From contig NC_086097.1 in NCBI RefSeq assembly GCF_963921235.1, positions 244,468,001 to 244,532,000 of the forward strand: 64,000 bases of DNA, given 5' to 3'. Made by a program: the position numbers and the translations under genes. This DNA comes from Mobula hypostoma (Eukaryota). Shown here piece after piece: positions 50,201 through 62,191 of the stretch. Every line of letters starts with the position of its first letter. Position 1 is the stretch's first letter. The notes beneath the pieces are model-generated. The model had not been told where the DNA came from. It searched no databases and worked only from the letters and a program-made list of their open reading frames with translations.

Positions 50201-53200
50201 TCTTTCACCAATCAACTTCCTAGCTCTTTGCTTCATCTCTCCCCCTCCAAGTTTCACCTATCACCTGGTGATTCTCCCCCCTCACCTTTCAAATCTACTC
50301 CTCAGCTTTATTTCTCCAATGCTGCCGAAGGGTTTTGGCCCGAAACGTTGATTGTACTATTTTCCATGGATACTGCCTGGCCTGCTGAGTTCCTCCAGCA
50401 TTTTGTGTGTGTTGGCCTAATTCTGATCCTATGTCTTAAGGTTATATAAGACATGGGAGCAGAATTAGCCATTTGGCTCAACAAGTTTACTCCACTATTT
50501 CATCATGGCAGATATACTATCCATCTCAATCCAACCCTCTTATATTTCCAACATAATAGAATAATTGAAACGCAAAGTGATTTTGAGTTTGCGCTCCTTT
50601 TCGAGTAAAGCATGCCGCACTTTGAATTCTTGAGAAGTTGTAAAATGCATTTAAATCCAAAGGAGGCAAATTTGAAAAGTACAGAAAAAAAGTGCAGAAA
50701 TTTGCAGGCCAAATATTTTGTTGTTAGCATTCCTATTTGAAGTCAAAAACCTTAAGTAAGCTGTAACACAAGAGATGCTGCAGATGCTGGAAACCCAGAG
50801 TAACACACACGAAGTACTGGAGGGGTCAGCAGGTGAATCACAAACATGAGAAAATCTGCCGATGCTAGAAATCAGATTAATACATACAAAATGCTGGAGG
50901 AACTCAGTAGGCCAGGCAGCATCTATGGAAAAGAGTAAACAGTTCACATTTCAGACTGAGACCCTTCATCAGGATGAAAGGCCCCTCCAGATTTTTGTGT
51001 GTATGACTCAGCATCTATGGAAAGGATAAAGAATCGACATTTCGGGCTGAGACCCTTCATCAGGATATAAGACAACAGAAGGGAAACAGAGTTAATGTTT
51101 CAGCTCAGTTAATCAGAACCAGGAAAAGTTTGATTTCAAAGTTGTTTTAAGTTCCAGAGACACAAGAGATTGGTCTAAGAGATTCTGCAGATGCTGAAAA
51201 TCGAGAGCAATGCACACAAAATGTTGGAGGAACTCAGCAGGTCAGGCCCACCTATATGGAGAAGCAGTCGATGTTTTGGATCAAGACCCTTCATCAGGTT
51301 TAGGCAGCAGAACCCCTGAAGATTAAGAGGACTTGATGAAAGGCCTTGGGACGAAACGTGGACTGTTTATTCCTCTTAACAGATGCCGTCCGACATGCTG
51401 AGGTTCTTAAATAAACTGGGTTTGTTGTGCATCGAAGTCTGCTTTGAACCAAGCATCAAATTTGTAATTATAAGACCACAAGGCATAGGAGCAAAATCAA
51501 ACCACTCGTCCCATCAAATCTGCTCTGCCATTCCACCATGGCTGATTTATTGTCCCCCTCAACCACATTCTCCTTCCTTCACCCCATAACTTTTGATGGC
51601 CTGACTAATCAAAAACATATCAACCTCAGCTTTAAATATAATCAATAACTCAGCCTCCACAGCAGTCTGTAGTAATGAATTCCATAGATTCACTGCCCTC
51701 TGAATAAAGAATTCCCTCATCTGTTCTAAAGGGATGTCTTTGTATTCTGAGGCTGTACCTCTGACCCTAACCTGCCCCACTATAGGAAACATCCTTGCCA
51801 CATTCACTTTACCCAGGCCTCACATGATTCAATAGATTTGAATGAGATTACCCCCCCCACCCCATTCTTCTAAACTCCAGTGAGTACAGGCCCAGAGCCA
51901 TAAAACTCTCCTCATACAGTAACCCTTTCATGCCCAGAATCATTCTAGTGAACCTCTCCTGGACCTGCCAATGCGAGCACATCTTTTCTTAGTTAAGCAG
52001 CCCAAAACTACTCTCAATACTCCAAGTGTGGCTTGACCAACGCCTTACAAAACCTCAGTATTACATTCTTGCTTTTATATTCTAATCTTTTTGAAATGAA
52101 TGTTAATATTGCATTTGCTTTCCTTACCACCGACTCAACCTGCAAGTTAATCTTTAGGGAATCCTGCACAAGGACTCCCAAGTCCCTTTGCACTTGACCA
52201 CATTTAGAAAATAATCTATACCTTTATTCCTTCTATCAGAGAGCATGACCATATACTTCTCTACACTATATTCCATCTGCCACTTCTTTACCCATTCTTC
52301 CAATCTGTCTAAGCCCTTCTCACTCCCTGCTTCGCTCAATGTAACCTGCACCTCTACCTATATTGGTTTCATCTGCAAACACGGCCACAAAGCCATCAAT
52401 AATATACCATAAAGTTGAAGAAAAATTGCAAGTGATCTAGAATATTGAAGACCGAACTAGTCTTAAGGTTTTTGTTAAATAAGCATCCAAAATAAAAACA
52501 TTTGAAAAAAAAAATCACAGATTTAGGTTTGTTAAACATGATCAGCCCATTACCTAATGGTGTTCTTGTGTACAAATTTAAGACTGCAAATGTGAAATAA
52601 AATCATTTAAATCCTTCTTTCTCTCAAAAGTTAGAAGAGTGAAAATACTCACTTTTGTGCCTTCTCTCAAATTGTTTACAAGTTCAACAAACTGATCGTG
52701 TGCGGCCGCCAGCTTCTTAAGTACTTCTTCCCTCTGAACAGCACCGGTATTCGATTGGTTTGTCTTAGAAAACTCTTCATGAGCACTCTGCACAGAACAG
52801 ACTCTAAATTAAAATTATGTTCCAACCTCTCAATAATAAGATCAGTTGACATGGAATTCAGCTGAATTGAGTATTGAATACAAACATCAGCAGGTCATTC
52901 AAAAGCAAGTTTTATGTGACATTCAGAGCATCTGATAGTGAGCACGCACGGTGGGAGTCGGAGAGAAAGAGAGTGAAGTTGGTGAGAAAGAGTGGAAGAG
53001 GGAAAGAAGAAAGTGAGGTAGTGAAGTACATGGAGGGCCCTAAGAGAGTGCACTCTGCATGGGCAGGAATTAAAACAGGGGCTCCCAACCTTTTTTATGC
53101 CATGGACCCCTACCATTAACCTGGGGACCGTAGGTTGGGAACCCCTGAATTAGAATAGCTCTGTCTACAGACTGCAAAGTTGCCTGTCAGCGTCAAAGCG

Positions 53201-56200
53201 TAATTCACAAAGTGGCACAGTATATAAAACAGGTCACCACACATACGCTAACCATCATACCTACCTATACTAATCCCATTTGCCTGCATTAGTTCCGTAT
53301 CTCCCTGTGCCACGCTCATTCAAGGAGCTGTACAGATGCTTCTGAATATTATATTCCTGCTTCCACCACCTCCTCGAGCAGGTCATGCCAAATACCAAGT
53401 ATAGAGTGTGGGGGAAAACCCTGCCCCTCAAATCTCCTCATCATCATTTTAAACCTCTGCCCTTGTGCTTTACATAATTTTCCCACCCTTTGGGGAAAAA
53501 AACTTTGGCAGTCTACCATATCATTCTTCTGAGTTTTACTTATCTCTGTCACGTCAGGTCCATGAATACTACCTCACTATTTTTGTTCTCTACACTATAT
53601 GTATGTATGTGTATGAATACATAAACATATACATAAATACCAGTGCCTGTCTGTTGAAAAATTTATCTTTATTTCTGAGTAAATTATATGCCCTCTGCCA
53701 AGTTTTCATTTTGGTCTGTCACTCCAAGGATACCTTTCATGAATTTTGGAACCCAGACCTCAGATCCAGAAAAGTGTGAAGTGATACACTTTGGAAGGTC
53801 GAACTTGAAGGCAGAATACAGGGTTAATGGCAAGATTCTTAGCAGCGTGGAGGAACAAAGGGATATTGTGGTCCACGCCCACAGATGCACTGAATTTATA
53901 ATAGGTTAAAAGGACAGACATTATCGTGGGCCAATGGGCGTGCACTGTTCTGTGTTCTACTCCATAGTAAATCATACATCCTTTGCCAAGTTTCTATTTC
54001 AATTTATTTTTCTAAGGATACCTTCCATAAATTTTGGGACCCAGAATTGAAAGGTATAGCTTTATTACTGCTCTCCTGTTAATGATCATTTTCAATTGGC
54101 CATCACAGTAGCACACCAGTTACCTGAATACTTGCAAGCAACTCTTCCTGCTTTTTCAGGTTTTTCTGCACTTTGTCTGTGTGGCTTCCATAAATGCGAT
54201 CGAGCTCAGTGACAGAAATAACTTCTTCATTGATGGCACCGTCCTGAGCCAATGCTGTCAGAAACTTGCTGGACATGTCGAACTCCACGGACTTCAAATT
54301 ATTCTCCAGCGTCTCCCTCTCCTTCTTCACTTCATCCAGGGAAGCAAGGAGTGTCTTCAGATGCGTAACAACCTAAAGGCCATCCATAAAAGTAAATCTC
54401 AAAAAACATTCTTAACTCCTTGAATATTTTCAAGTTTTACAATAAAAGGCAATACTACTTCAAAAGTTTTATGAATGACAAAAAAAATTGAATGCAGCTT
54501 TGTTTACAAACACTACATTGAGGAGAAAACAGATCACAGATCGTGACAACATTGCAAATCTCAAATCCAGAAAACAGTGTCGTGGTATCATACAGCATGG
54601 AGGCAGACCATGCGGTCCAACTGGTCCAGGCCACCCATTGGGCACCTTCCATATTAACCCCACCTCCCATCACTTGGTCTACAGCCTGCTATGATTAAGT
54701 GATTCAAATGCTCATCAAGAAACCTTGTAAGCGCTCTCAGTGATTCAGCTTCAACCACTCTCTCCGGCGGCGCGCTCCAGCTACTTGCCACTCTCAGGAT
54801 GAACAAGGACCCCCCCCCAAGATCCCCTCTACATCTCTTCCTCCTTGCCCTGTAGTAATGACCTCTAGTTTTATCATGCATTACCTGCAGTCTGCTGTAT
54901 CTATATCCCTCAATTTTATATACTTCAGCATGTTCCCTGTTAACTCCCTCTGCTCCATGGAGAACAGACTTGGGCTTCTCCATTCTCTCTCAAAGGAACT
55001 GCTCCCTCCCAGGTAGCAGAAAGATTAAAAATAAAGGTATTTGTCAGATGTAAATCAAAACCTGCATCGTGTGCACCAAATCAAATCAGCTAGGCAGGCC
55101 GAAAGGTCGCCACACTTCTAGCATCAGCTCACTAACCCTAACCTTAAGTCTTTGGAATGTGGGAGGAAACCCATGCAGTCATGAGTAGATCGTATAAATT
55201 CCTTAGTAAACCGCGATAGGCAATTGCTGGTGCTGTAAAGTGATACAGCTGTAGTTGCACGATGGTAACCACTATGATTAGCTGGTAAATCTCCTCTCTA
55301 CCCTATGATTGTGAATGGGTCAATGACAGCACGGTTGTTCGTCTGCGACCATTTTTGTTCTCAATTTCAAGCAAAGAGCAATGTTGATTCTATAGAATCA
55401 TACAAGACAGATTTGTGTGTTCTGGACATATTATATCCAGTTATAGAGTCATAGAAAAGTTCAGCACAGAAACAGGCCCTTGGGCTCATCTAGTCCATGC
55501 CAATCCATTTAAACTGCCTACTCGCTTCGACCTGCACTGGCCTGTAGCCCTCTGTACCCCTACCGTCCACATACTTATCTGAAACATTCCTATCCAAACT
55601 TCAATTAAACGTTGAAATCGAGCTGCCACTTGTGCTGGCAGCTCGTTCCACACTCTCACGACCCTCCGAGGGAAGAAGTCTCCCCTTAAACTTTTCACCT
55701 TTCACATTAACCCATGACCTCTGATTGTAGTCCTACCCAACCTCAGTGGAAAAGCCAGATGGCTTTAACCCTATCTTTTCCCTACATAATTTAGATATTC
55801 AGTAGCAAGAAAATGAACCCTTTGCAATTATATACTTTTCTGCACCAATTACTTGTAAAATGTAGTCTGATCTTCATCTCAGTTACAATAATAGACAAAC
55901 ACAATCTGGCTCAACTAATAACACACAAACAATTGTACTTCTTGTTAATACTGAGTACACCATTTAAACAATCACAGTCTAATTCAAAAACGTATGTGAA
56001 CTTCTGGGGTTTTACAAAAGCTATTTGGAGTCAGGTGTTCCAATGAAATGAGATTGGAGGTTTGGGTTGTAGAGGTGCCCTGCCCTATAAAAAAAAGACA
56101 CACAAAGTCAGGTTACTGACAGAGCCTGCTCTTCTCAAGAAAGATCTGTTTATGTGCACCATGCCTCGAGTAAAACAACTTTTAGAGGACCTAAGAATTG

Positions 56201-59200
56201 TAGAGATGCAAGAAACTGGAAAAGGCTACAAAAGCATTTCTAAAGACCCGAGTGTTCATCAGTCTACAGTAAGAGAAATTGTCTGCAAATGGAGGAAACT
56301 CAGTACTGTTGCAATTCTCCCTAGTAGTGGGCGCCCTGCAAAGATCACACCAAGAGTACAATGAGCAATGCTGAAGGATGCGAAAAAGAATCCAAGGATA
56401 ACAGCAAAAGACCTGCAGAAATCTCTACAACTTGCTAAAGTCTCTGTTCATGGGTAAACTATAAGAAAAAACAAAACAATACTGGTGTTCATCAAAGGAC
56501 ACCACGGAGGAAACCACTGCTCTCCAAAACAAAAAACATTGCTGCATGTCTCAAGTTTGCAGAAGACCACCTAGATGTTCCACAATGTTTCTGGGACAGC
56601 ATTCTCTGGACAAATTAGACAAAAGTTGAACTTTTTGGCAGAAATACATACCGCTAGCTATGTTTGGAGGAAAAAGGGCACTGCACACCAACACCAAAAC
56701 CTCATCCCAACAGTGAAGCATGGTAGAAGGAGCATCATGGTTTGGAGCTGGTTTGTTGCCTCAAATTAGACAGCTTGTAATCATTGAGGGAACAATGAAT
56801 TCAAAATTGTACCAAGACATTTTCAGAAGAATGTCAGGATAGCAGTCCATCACCTGAAGCTTAATAGAAGCTGGATGATGCAACAAGACAATAATCCAAA
56901 ACACAAAGTAAATCAACAAAAGAATGGTTTAAAAAAAAAGAAAATTTGTGTTTTGGAATGGCCACGTCAGAGACCAGACCTTAACCCAATTGAGATGCTG
57001 TGGCTTGAGTTGAAGAGAGCTGCTTATGCAAGGTATCCCAGAAATATTGATGAACTGAAACAGTTTTGTATAGAGGAATAGTCTAAAATTCCTCCTTGCT
57101 GTTGTACAAGTCCGATCAGCAACTACTTGAAATGTTTGGTGGAGGTTATTGCTACTAAAGGAGGTTCTACCAGTTTTTAAATACAAGGGTTCACATACTT
57201 TTTACCAGCCTGGACTATGAATGATTAAACAATGTGTTCAAAAAAGACATGAAAAATTCAATTGTTTGTGTGTTATTTGCTTAGGCAGATTGTGTTTGTC
57301 TTTTATTATGACTTAGATTAAGATCAAAGCACATTTTATGAGTAATTAATGCAGAAAACCGTGTAAAAGAAAAGGGTTGGCAAACTTTTTCTTGTAACTG
57401 TATATTGCCATTATATTATCACAGGGTGACAGTACATTGTAGTTCTGCTGTTCATAGGGATGGCCTTTGCAGGGGATCCCAATCTTTATGATGCCATGGA
57501 CTTCTACCATTAACCAAGAGGTCTATAGAACCTAGATTGGAAACCCCTGTCTTATGGTAAGCAGTATTGAACGAGTATATTTGAGGACACGAGTGTCAAC
57601 TGCAAAAACAAATTTAATGATCTTGGGAGTAATGAATAAAAATCATGATTATAGATAAATTACACAAAAAGTTCAAATGATGCCAAAAGAAGAGCTTGTC
57701 AACGCATCTTAATTTGGCTTATATATGAAATAAAAATAGGCAATGCAAACAAAGAGGGAAAAGAACTGGCTTGCCCATAGAAGGTAGAGAATGGTTGGAG
57801 ATAGTTGCCTGGAGGTCGGTGGCCAGTGTTGTTCCACAAGGATCTATTCTGGGACCCCTGTTGTTTGAGAATTTTATAAATGACTTAGATGAGGAAGTGG
57901 AAGGGTGGGTTAGTAAATTTGCAGGTGACATAAAGGTGATAGTGTTGTAGATAGTGTAGATTAAGGTTGTTGGAAATGACAAAGGGGCATAGATAGGACG
58001 CAGAGCTCGGCAGCAAAGTGCCAGATGGAGTTCAATTCGGGAAAGCGTCGAGTGTTTCACTTTGGAACGTTGAACCTGAAGACAGAACACAGGCTTAATG
58101 GCAGGATTCTTCACAGAGAATATTGAGAAAAAGAGGGATCTTGGGGTTCACACCAAGACATCCCTCATAGTTGATGTGCAAGTTGATTGGATGGTTAAGA
58201 AGATATATGGTGTGTTCGTCTTCATTAGTCGGAAGATTGAGTTTAAAAGCCATGGGAAAATGTTGCAGCTCTATTAAACTCTGGTTAGACCACACTTAAG
58301 AGTATTGCTTTCATGTTGGATGCATCAATATAAGAATGTGGAAGCTGTAAAGAGGCTGCAGAGGAGATTTACCAGGATGCTGCCTGGGTTACACAAAGTG
58401 ATGGGTGCATTGAACACCCTGCCAGGGTGGTGTAGGGAGCAGATACATTAGGGACACTTAAGAGACTCTCCTACAGGCACAAAGAGGAAAGTAAAATGGA
58501 GGGCTATGTGGGAGGGAAGGGTTAATTTAATCTTGGAATATGTTGAAGGATTGCCATAACATTGTGGGCCGAAGGGCATTTACTGGAATGTTCTATGTCT
58601 CTTCAGGTCACATCTGTGGAAGGAGAAAGTTAATTTGACCTTCTGTCACATCCATCCACAAGCTCAGTAGAGTTTTCTGTATAGGTCCTTCACACTCTCT
58701 GAATAGCTCAGTAGTTAATGAATGGTGGCTTTGACAACAATTCAATACTGTATTTTAAACACCCCATAGCGTGTTGTAGTGAGTTTACTGTTTTTGGGGA
58801 ATTATCCATGACAAAGCATTTGCAAAGTGCAGCCACACAGCTCTTACAAACCCAAGTCTAATTCAGATCGGTGGCGAACTCAACCATAATGCCCAGTGGG
58901 CATTATGACCTTCTAAAATTACCATCAGCGCTCTAAAGGAATTCAAGCACCAGTAGCCCTCATGTGATGATGTCAAAAATCAATCTGTTCATCTGTCATG
59001 GTAGATTGCTGCAGTTACCACTTAACCTAGATATTGGGAAATATCTGAGAGATATTAATTTTATTTTTATCTACAAATACTGCATGGGACAGGCCCTTCC
59101 AAGCTCAATAAGCCACATATTTAATCCGAGCCTAATTACAGGTCAATTTACAATGAGCAACTAACCTAGCATCCAGTAAGTCTTTGGAACGTGGGAGGAA

Positions 59201-61353
59201 ACTGGAGTGCTCAGAGGAAACCCATGAGGTCGCAGGGAGAAGGAACAAGCTCCTTATTGACAGCGGCAGGAATTGAACCTACTGGTACTGTACTGTGCTA
59301 ACCACCATGTTACTGCGCGGCCCTAATCAACCCTAATCAACTTTATTCCTCATACACACTTACGCTGATTAGGAATTTGCTGTGGTGTGTTGGTCAGGAC
59401 GCGACATTTAACAAAAAACAGCAACATTCAGCAACTATAAAGAATCAGGATCAGGTTTATATGTTGTGAAGCTTCTTGTTTTCTGGCAGCAGTACAATGC
59501 AATACATAAAAATACTATAAATTATGATAATTTACAATATAATCGCCATTATAAAAAATGGCTTAAAGTGTTTACAGTGTAGGCTAGTGACTGAGGTAAT
59601 AGATAGGGTGGGGTGCTTAAAACTCTATCAGCCTGGCATGAATCAGAAAGGGTGAAACTCATCAAGAATAAAACTATTTATGCATATAATTTCTTATCAC
59701 ACTGATTTGCAGATTGGGTCTATCAATCTCAATTACAGTATTTCTAATCTATTCTCTTCCACGTGCCCCGATCTCCACCCTTACTATTAGCATCATATTA
59801 TTGTCTCAAAGCACTGAAAGCAGACAGTAAATCTCATTTTACCTCACTTCCTTGAAGAGATTTGGTCGGATTACCGGATGGTATGGCAGCATTCAGCTCT
59901 GCCTCGGGTTTACACAGAAGGGCAATAATTTCACTGTGAGCAGCATAACGTTCTTGGACCACTTTATCCGCTTGGATGGCCTTATCCAGAATGCTTCGGA
60001 AATTACCTCCCTCTTGGAAAGGGGGGGGGGGTGGAATGCAGAAGCACATTAAATTTACCGCACAGTTAGAACTATATGGTAAATCTCTTTTACCAGTTGA
60101 GAAAACCTGATCAAGCAGGAAGGCCTACAAGTGCAGGAAATTAAGTAGATGTTAAACATGTCCAACCACTTCAATAATTAATGACTTGGTGAATCATGTT
60201 TGGACTTCACCTCCACTTCCCTCATGAGGACTGACTCACGGACCTCTCGCTTCCGCCTGCAGTCAATAACTGGCTCTTGCATTTTGCTGACGTTGAGTGA
60301 GAGGTTACTGTTGTGACACCACTCAGCTAGATTTGCAATCTCCCTCCTATATGTGATTCATCATCACCTTTAATCCAGCCAACAACAGTGGTGATGACAG
60401 CAAACTTAAAAAACATTAATCTTAACCCGGAATTTTTCCTAATAACTTTTCTACTACTTATGCTAGGTTCACAGAATTGCAATTTATCAGGCTTTTCCTT
60501 TCTGCTCTTTTGCAAAATCAGATCTCCAGACATCTGGACCCGAGTTGCTTAAACATCTCAGCCAAAGCCCCAGAAAACTAACACCAAACAGTATGCATTG
60601 AAGGTGAGAGGGGGTAGGTTTAAGGGGGATGTTTTTACAAAGAGAGTGGTAGATGCCTGGAACACAGCCTGGTACAGTGGTAGAGGCAAATGCACTAAAG
60701 GCTTTTAAGAGATGTTTAGATAGGGACATGGATGTGAGGAAGATAGATATTGTGTAGGTCGGAGGGGTTTTGTTTTTGGGGTTTTTTAATTTACTTTTTG
60801 GCTGGTTCAGCGCAACATTATGGGCTGAAGGGCTTGTTGTTGTGCTGCACTGTTCTATGTTCCAAAACTCTTCCCTGACCTCCCATACCATCCAGGGAAA
60901 CTTTCCACTAAGAGGTCAGACCTTACAGGGAAATACTAAAGCTTACAGCTGCCTTGCAGGCATAAAGTTCAATTGGGAGGCAAAACTTCAGAATTCTCTT
61001 GCGCAAAAGATATCAGCTCAAATGTTACTTTTGATAATAAATGGTGTTTATTATTAATGATGGCTGAACTAAACACCAACAGCTGGGGGGGGGGGGGAAG
61101 ACCATGGACAAAAAGCAGCAGTTTCCATCAACATGATTAATATAATATAGCAGCTGAACTTGGAAAACATGCCCCGCTGCAGCAGGTTTTCTATATTCCT
61201 GACACACTGAAGCATCAAGTTTAAAAACTGAGTTTACTTACCTACTCGTAAGGGTTTGTACAGTTCATTTGAAGGAGTCCTTTGCCAGCGTTCTTTAAAC
61301 TTTGATTTCAGTTCATTATCAGTCACTTCCTCTTGATCCAGTACTTTCAATGC
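38054..61353 (-). CDS. PDCD6IP: PDCD6IP/ALIX, 3' part of gene (8 coding exons, 412 aa: V domain and proline-rich C-terminus); 5' exons outside the window
   Basis: Join (minus) 61353-61242, 60012-59843, 54372-54124, 52787-52653, 48108-48014, 45561-45435, 39507-39320, 38216-38054 = 1239 nt in one frame ending in TAA, with all introns GT-AG. Translation matches recalled vertebrate ALIX ([55 protein letters not shown]). Confidence 0.96.
38370..38800 (+). mobile_element. Rex1/L2-like RT fragment in the last PDCD6IP intron
   Basis: [34 protein letters not shown]. Confidence 0.7.
39320..39507 (-). CDS. PDCD6IP: PDCD6IP exon: [13 protein letters not shown]...[13 protein letters not shown](G)
   Basis: Manual translation; ttcacag acceptor, gtaaag donor, 188 nt; contains the GPPY motif. 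Confidence 0.93.
41447..43168 (+). mobile_element. CR1 LINE, 5'-truncated but young; antisense in a PDCD6IP intron
   Basis: Contains ORF 41496..43091 and ends in a (TTCTATGG)n-type tail. Confidence 0.92.
41496..43091 (+). CDS. CR1 ORF2 reverse transcriptase domain and C-terminus (531 aa, uninterrupted, lacks APE endonuclease)
   Basis: Motifs [58 protein letters not shown]. Confidence 0.85.
   Translation: MKSMELRETSSEITETVQIEKEEVLAVLRKIKVDKSPGPDRVFPRTLKETNVEISGALAEIFKMSLSTGEVPEDWRMAHVVPLFKKGSKSNPGNYRPVSLTSVVGKLLEGVLRDRIYKHLDRQGLIRESQHGFVRGRSCLTNLLEFFKEVTRKVDEEKAVDVVYMDFSKAFDKVPHGRLVRKIQSLSIHGEVVNWIRHWLNGRSQRVVVENCFSEWRPVTSGVPQGSVLGPLLFVIYINDLDDNVVNWISKFADDTKIGGVVDSEEGFQSLQRDLDQLEKWSEKWQMEFNTDKCEVLHVGRTNQGRTYRVNGKALRSAVEQRDLGIQVQNSLRVASQVDRVVKRIFGTLDFINQSIEYKSWNVMMRLYKALVRPNLEYCVQFWSPNYRKDINKVERVQRRFTRMLPGLEKLSYRERLNRLGLYSLERRRMRGDLIEVYKIMMGIDRVNASRLYPLRLGEKKTRGHGLRVRGVKFKGNIRGGFFTQRVVGVWNELPDEVVNAGSFLTFKNKLDRYMDGRCMEGYGPCADQWD
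45435..45561 (-). CDS. PDCD6IP: PDCD6IP exon with PSAP motif: [16 protein letters not shown]...PTPAPRTVF
   Basis: Within ORF 45402..45617; gattag acceptor, gtaagt donor, 127 nt. Confidence 0.93.
46870..47720 (+). mobile_element. Gypsy-type LTR retrotransposon pol fragment (aspartic protease and linker), interrupted by a MITE and a SINE
   Basis: [17 protein letters not shown] from about 46896; [16 protein letters not shown]...[11 protein letters not shown] at 47560-47710. Confidence 0.65.
47040..47305 (-). mobile_element. tRNA-derived SINE (same head, different tail)
   Basis: Minus strand TGGCCAAGTGG...GTTCGAGCC...GTCCTTGAGCAAGGCACTTAA. Confidence 0.75.
48014..48108 (-). CDS. PDCD6IP: PDCD6IP exon: [31 protein letters not shown](K)
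   Basis: Within ORF 48010..48201; ttacag acceptor, gtaagt donor, 95 nt. Confidence 0.95.
48932..50414 (+). mobile_element. Penelope-like element, 5'-truncated (RT C-terminus, GIY-YIG endonuclease, terminal repeat) with inverted terminal repeat at the left end
   Basis: Frameshifted translation ...[24 protein letters not shown]...IYYKP and ...[41 protein letters not shown](A/T)GATC at 48918-48931 and 50415-50428; inserted into a CR1 3' tail. Confidence 0.88.
50765..51405. mobile_element. Cluster of Penelope terminal-repeat fragments with four hammerhead-like motifs
   Basis: Repeated gatgctggaa/ggaactcagcaggccaggcagcatctatgga and gacccttcatcagg segments; motifs near 50945, 51033 and 51267 (-) and 51331 (+). 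Confidence 0.7.
51033..51066 (-). ncRNA. Minimal type I hammerhead ribozyme motif (core intact), sense to a PDCD6IP intron
   Basis: Minus strand reads ATC-CTGATGA-A-GGGT-CTCA-GCCC-GAAA-TGTC-GAT; stem I ATC/GAT, GUC triplet. Confidence 0.75.
51470..52400 (-). mobile_element. CR1 LINE 3' fragment
   Basis: ORFs 52154..52351 ([15 protein letters not shown]) and 51559..51807 (VNLWNSL). Confidence 0.75.
52653..52787 (-). CDS. PDCD6IP: PDCD6IP exon: [12 protein letters not shown]...NNLREGTK
   Basis: Within ORF 52578..52793; tgtgcag acceptor, gtgagt donor, 135 nt. Confidence 0.95.
53076..53147. mobile_element. hAT-type MITE (about 72 bp); related copies at about 10588-10665, 46948-47020 and 57470-57549
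   Basis: TIR CAGGGG(C/T)TCCCAACC / GGTTGGGAACCCCTG; 8-bp TSD AATTAAAA / AATTAGAA. Confidence 0.8.
54124..54372 (-). CDS. PDCD6IP: PDCD6IP exon: [20 protein letters not shown]...[11 protein letters not shown]
   Basis: Overlaps ORF 54103..54330; ctttag acceptor, gtaact donor, 249 nt. Confidence 0.95.
55800..57400 (+). mobile_element. Tc1-like DNA transposon, near full length, transposase (about 56161-57180) pseudogenised
   Basis: [48 protein letters not shown]; imperfect TIRs CAGT(A/T)(G/A)CAAGAAAA; stops and frameshifts. Confidence 0.9.
57765..58600 (+). mobile_element. CR1 LINE RT and 3' fragment, decayed
   Basis: [25 protein letters not shown]-type motifs. Confidence 0.75.
59843..60012 (-). 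CDS. PDCD6IP: PDCD6IP exon: (E)[15 protein letters not shown]...[10 protein letters not shown]
   Basis: Within ORF 59834..60049; polypyrimidine tract plus caag acceptor, gtaaaa donor, 170 nt. Confidence 0.94.
61242..61353 (-). CDS. PDCD6IP: PDCD6IP exon: [37 protein letters not shown]
   Basis: Manual translation; tgtttag acceptor, gtaagt donor, 112 nt, ends in phase 1. Confidence 0.95.
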
Positions 61354-61686
61354 CTAAACAGAAATTTGAATACAAAAACATAAACCTTCTTGTATTGAAC
61401 CCATCAAGTCACAGATTTCAATGAGATCTCATTTCACGTTTCTTAACCACAGACAACTAAAATCTACCACATCTACCTTCATACAGTACATCTGCGATCT
61501 CCGGAACCCATCTAGTGAATCTTTGCTATGTATGACTGTGAAATGGAGAGCTGTGTACAAGGGAAGTGAAAGATTGATGTTTGAGTAGGTCAACATCATG
61601 GGCCACTTTACTAAGTAAAGCATATTGTGTTTGTCTCTTCACCAAAGAAAAAATTTGATTGCTAGAAAGGAAATAGAACATATAAA

Positions 61687-62191
61687 CAGTGACCACTTTA
61701 CTAGGTACAACTGTACGTCTGCTCGTTAATGCAAATATGTAATCAACCAATCAAGTGACAGCAGCTCAACGAAGACGTAGTCAAGAGATTCAGTTATTGT
61801 TCAGACCAAACATCAGAATGGGGAGAAAATGTAATCTAAGTGACTGACCATGGAAGGACTGCTGGCGCCAGACAATGTGTTTTGAGTATCTGCTAATCTC
61901 CTGGGATTTTCATACAGAACAGTCTCAAAGGTTTTCAGAGAATGATGCAGAAAAATAAATAACATTAAATAAGCAGCAGTTCCGTGGGCACAAACACCTT
62001 GTTAATGAGAGATGTCAATGGCCAGACTGGCTCAAGCTGATGACAGAAGGGAACAGAAACTCAAATAGCCACGTTACTACAGTGCTATACAGAAGAGCAT
62101 TTCTGAATGTGCAACACTTCGAACCTTGAAGTGGATGGGCTACAGCAGAAGACCATGAGCATTTAAGAGGTACCTAATAAAGTGGCCACTG
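61687..62191 (+). mobile_element. Non-autonomous Tc1-like element (fragment also at about 28020-28120)
   Basis: TIRs CAGTGACCACTTTACTAGGTAC / GTACCTAATAAAGTGGCCACTG; remnant QKSISECATLRTLKWMGYSRRP. Confidence 0.7.
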
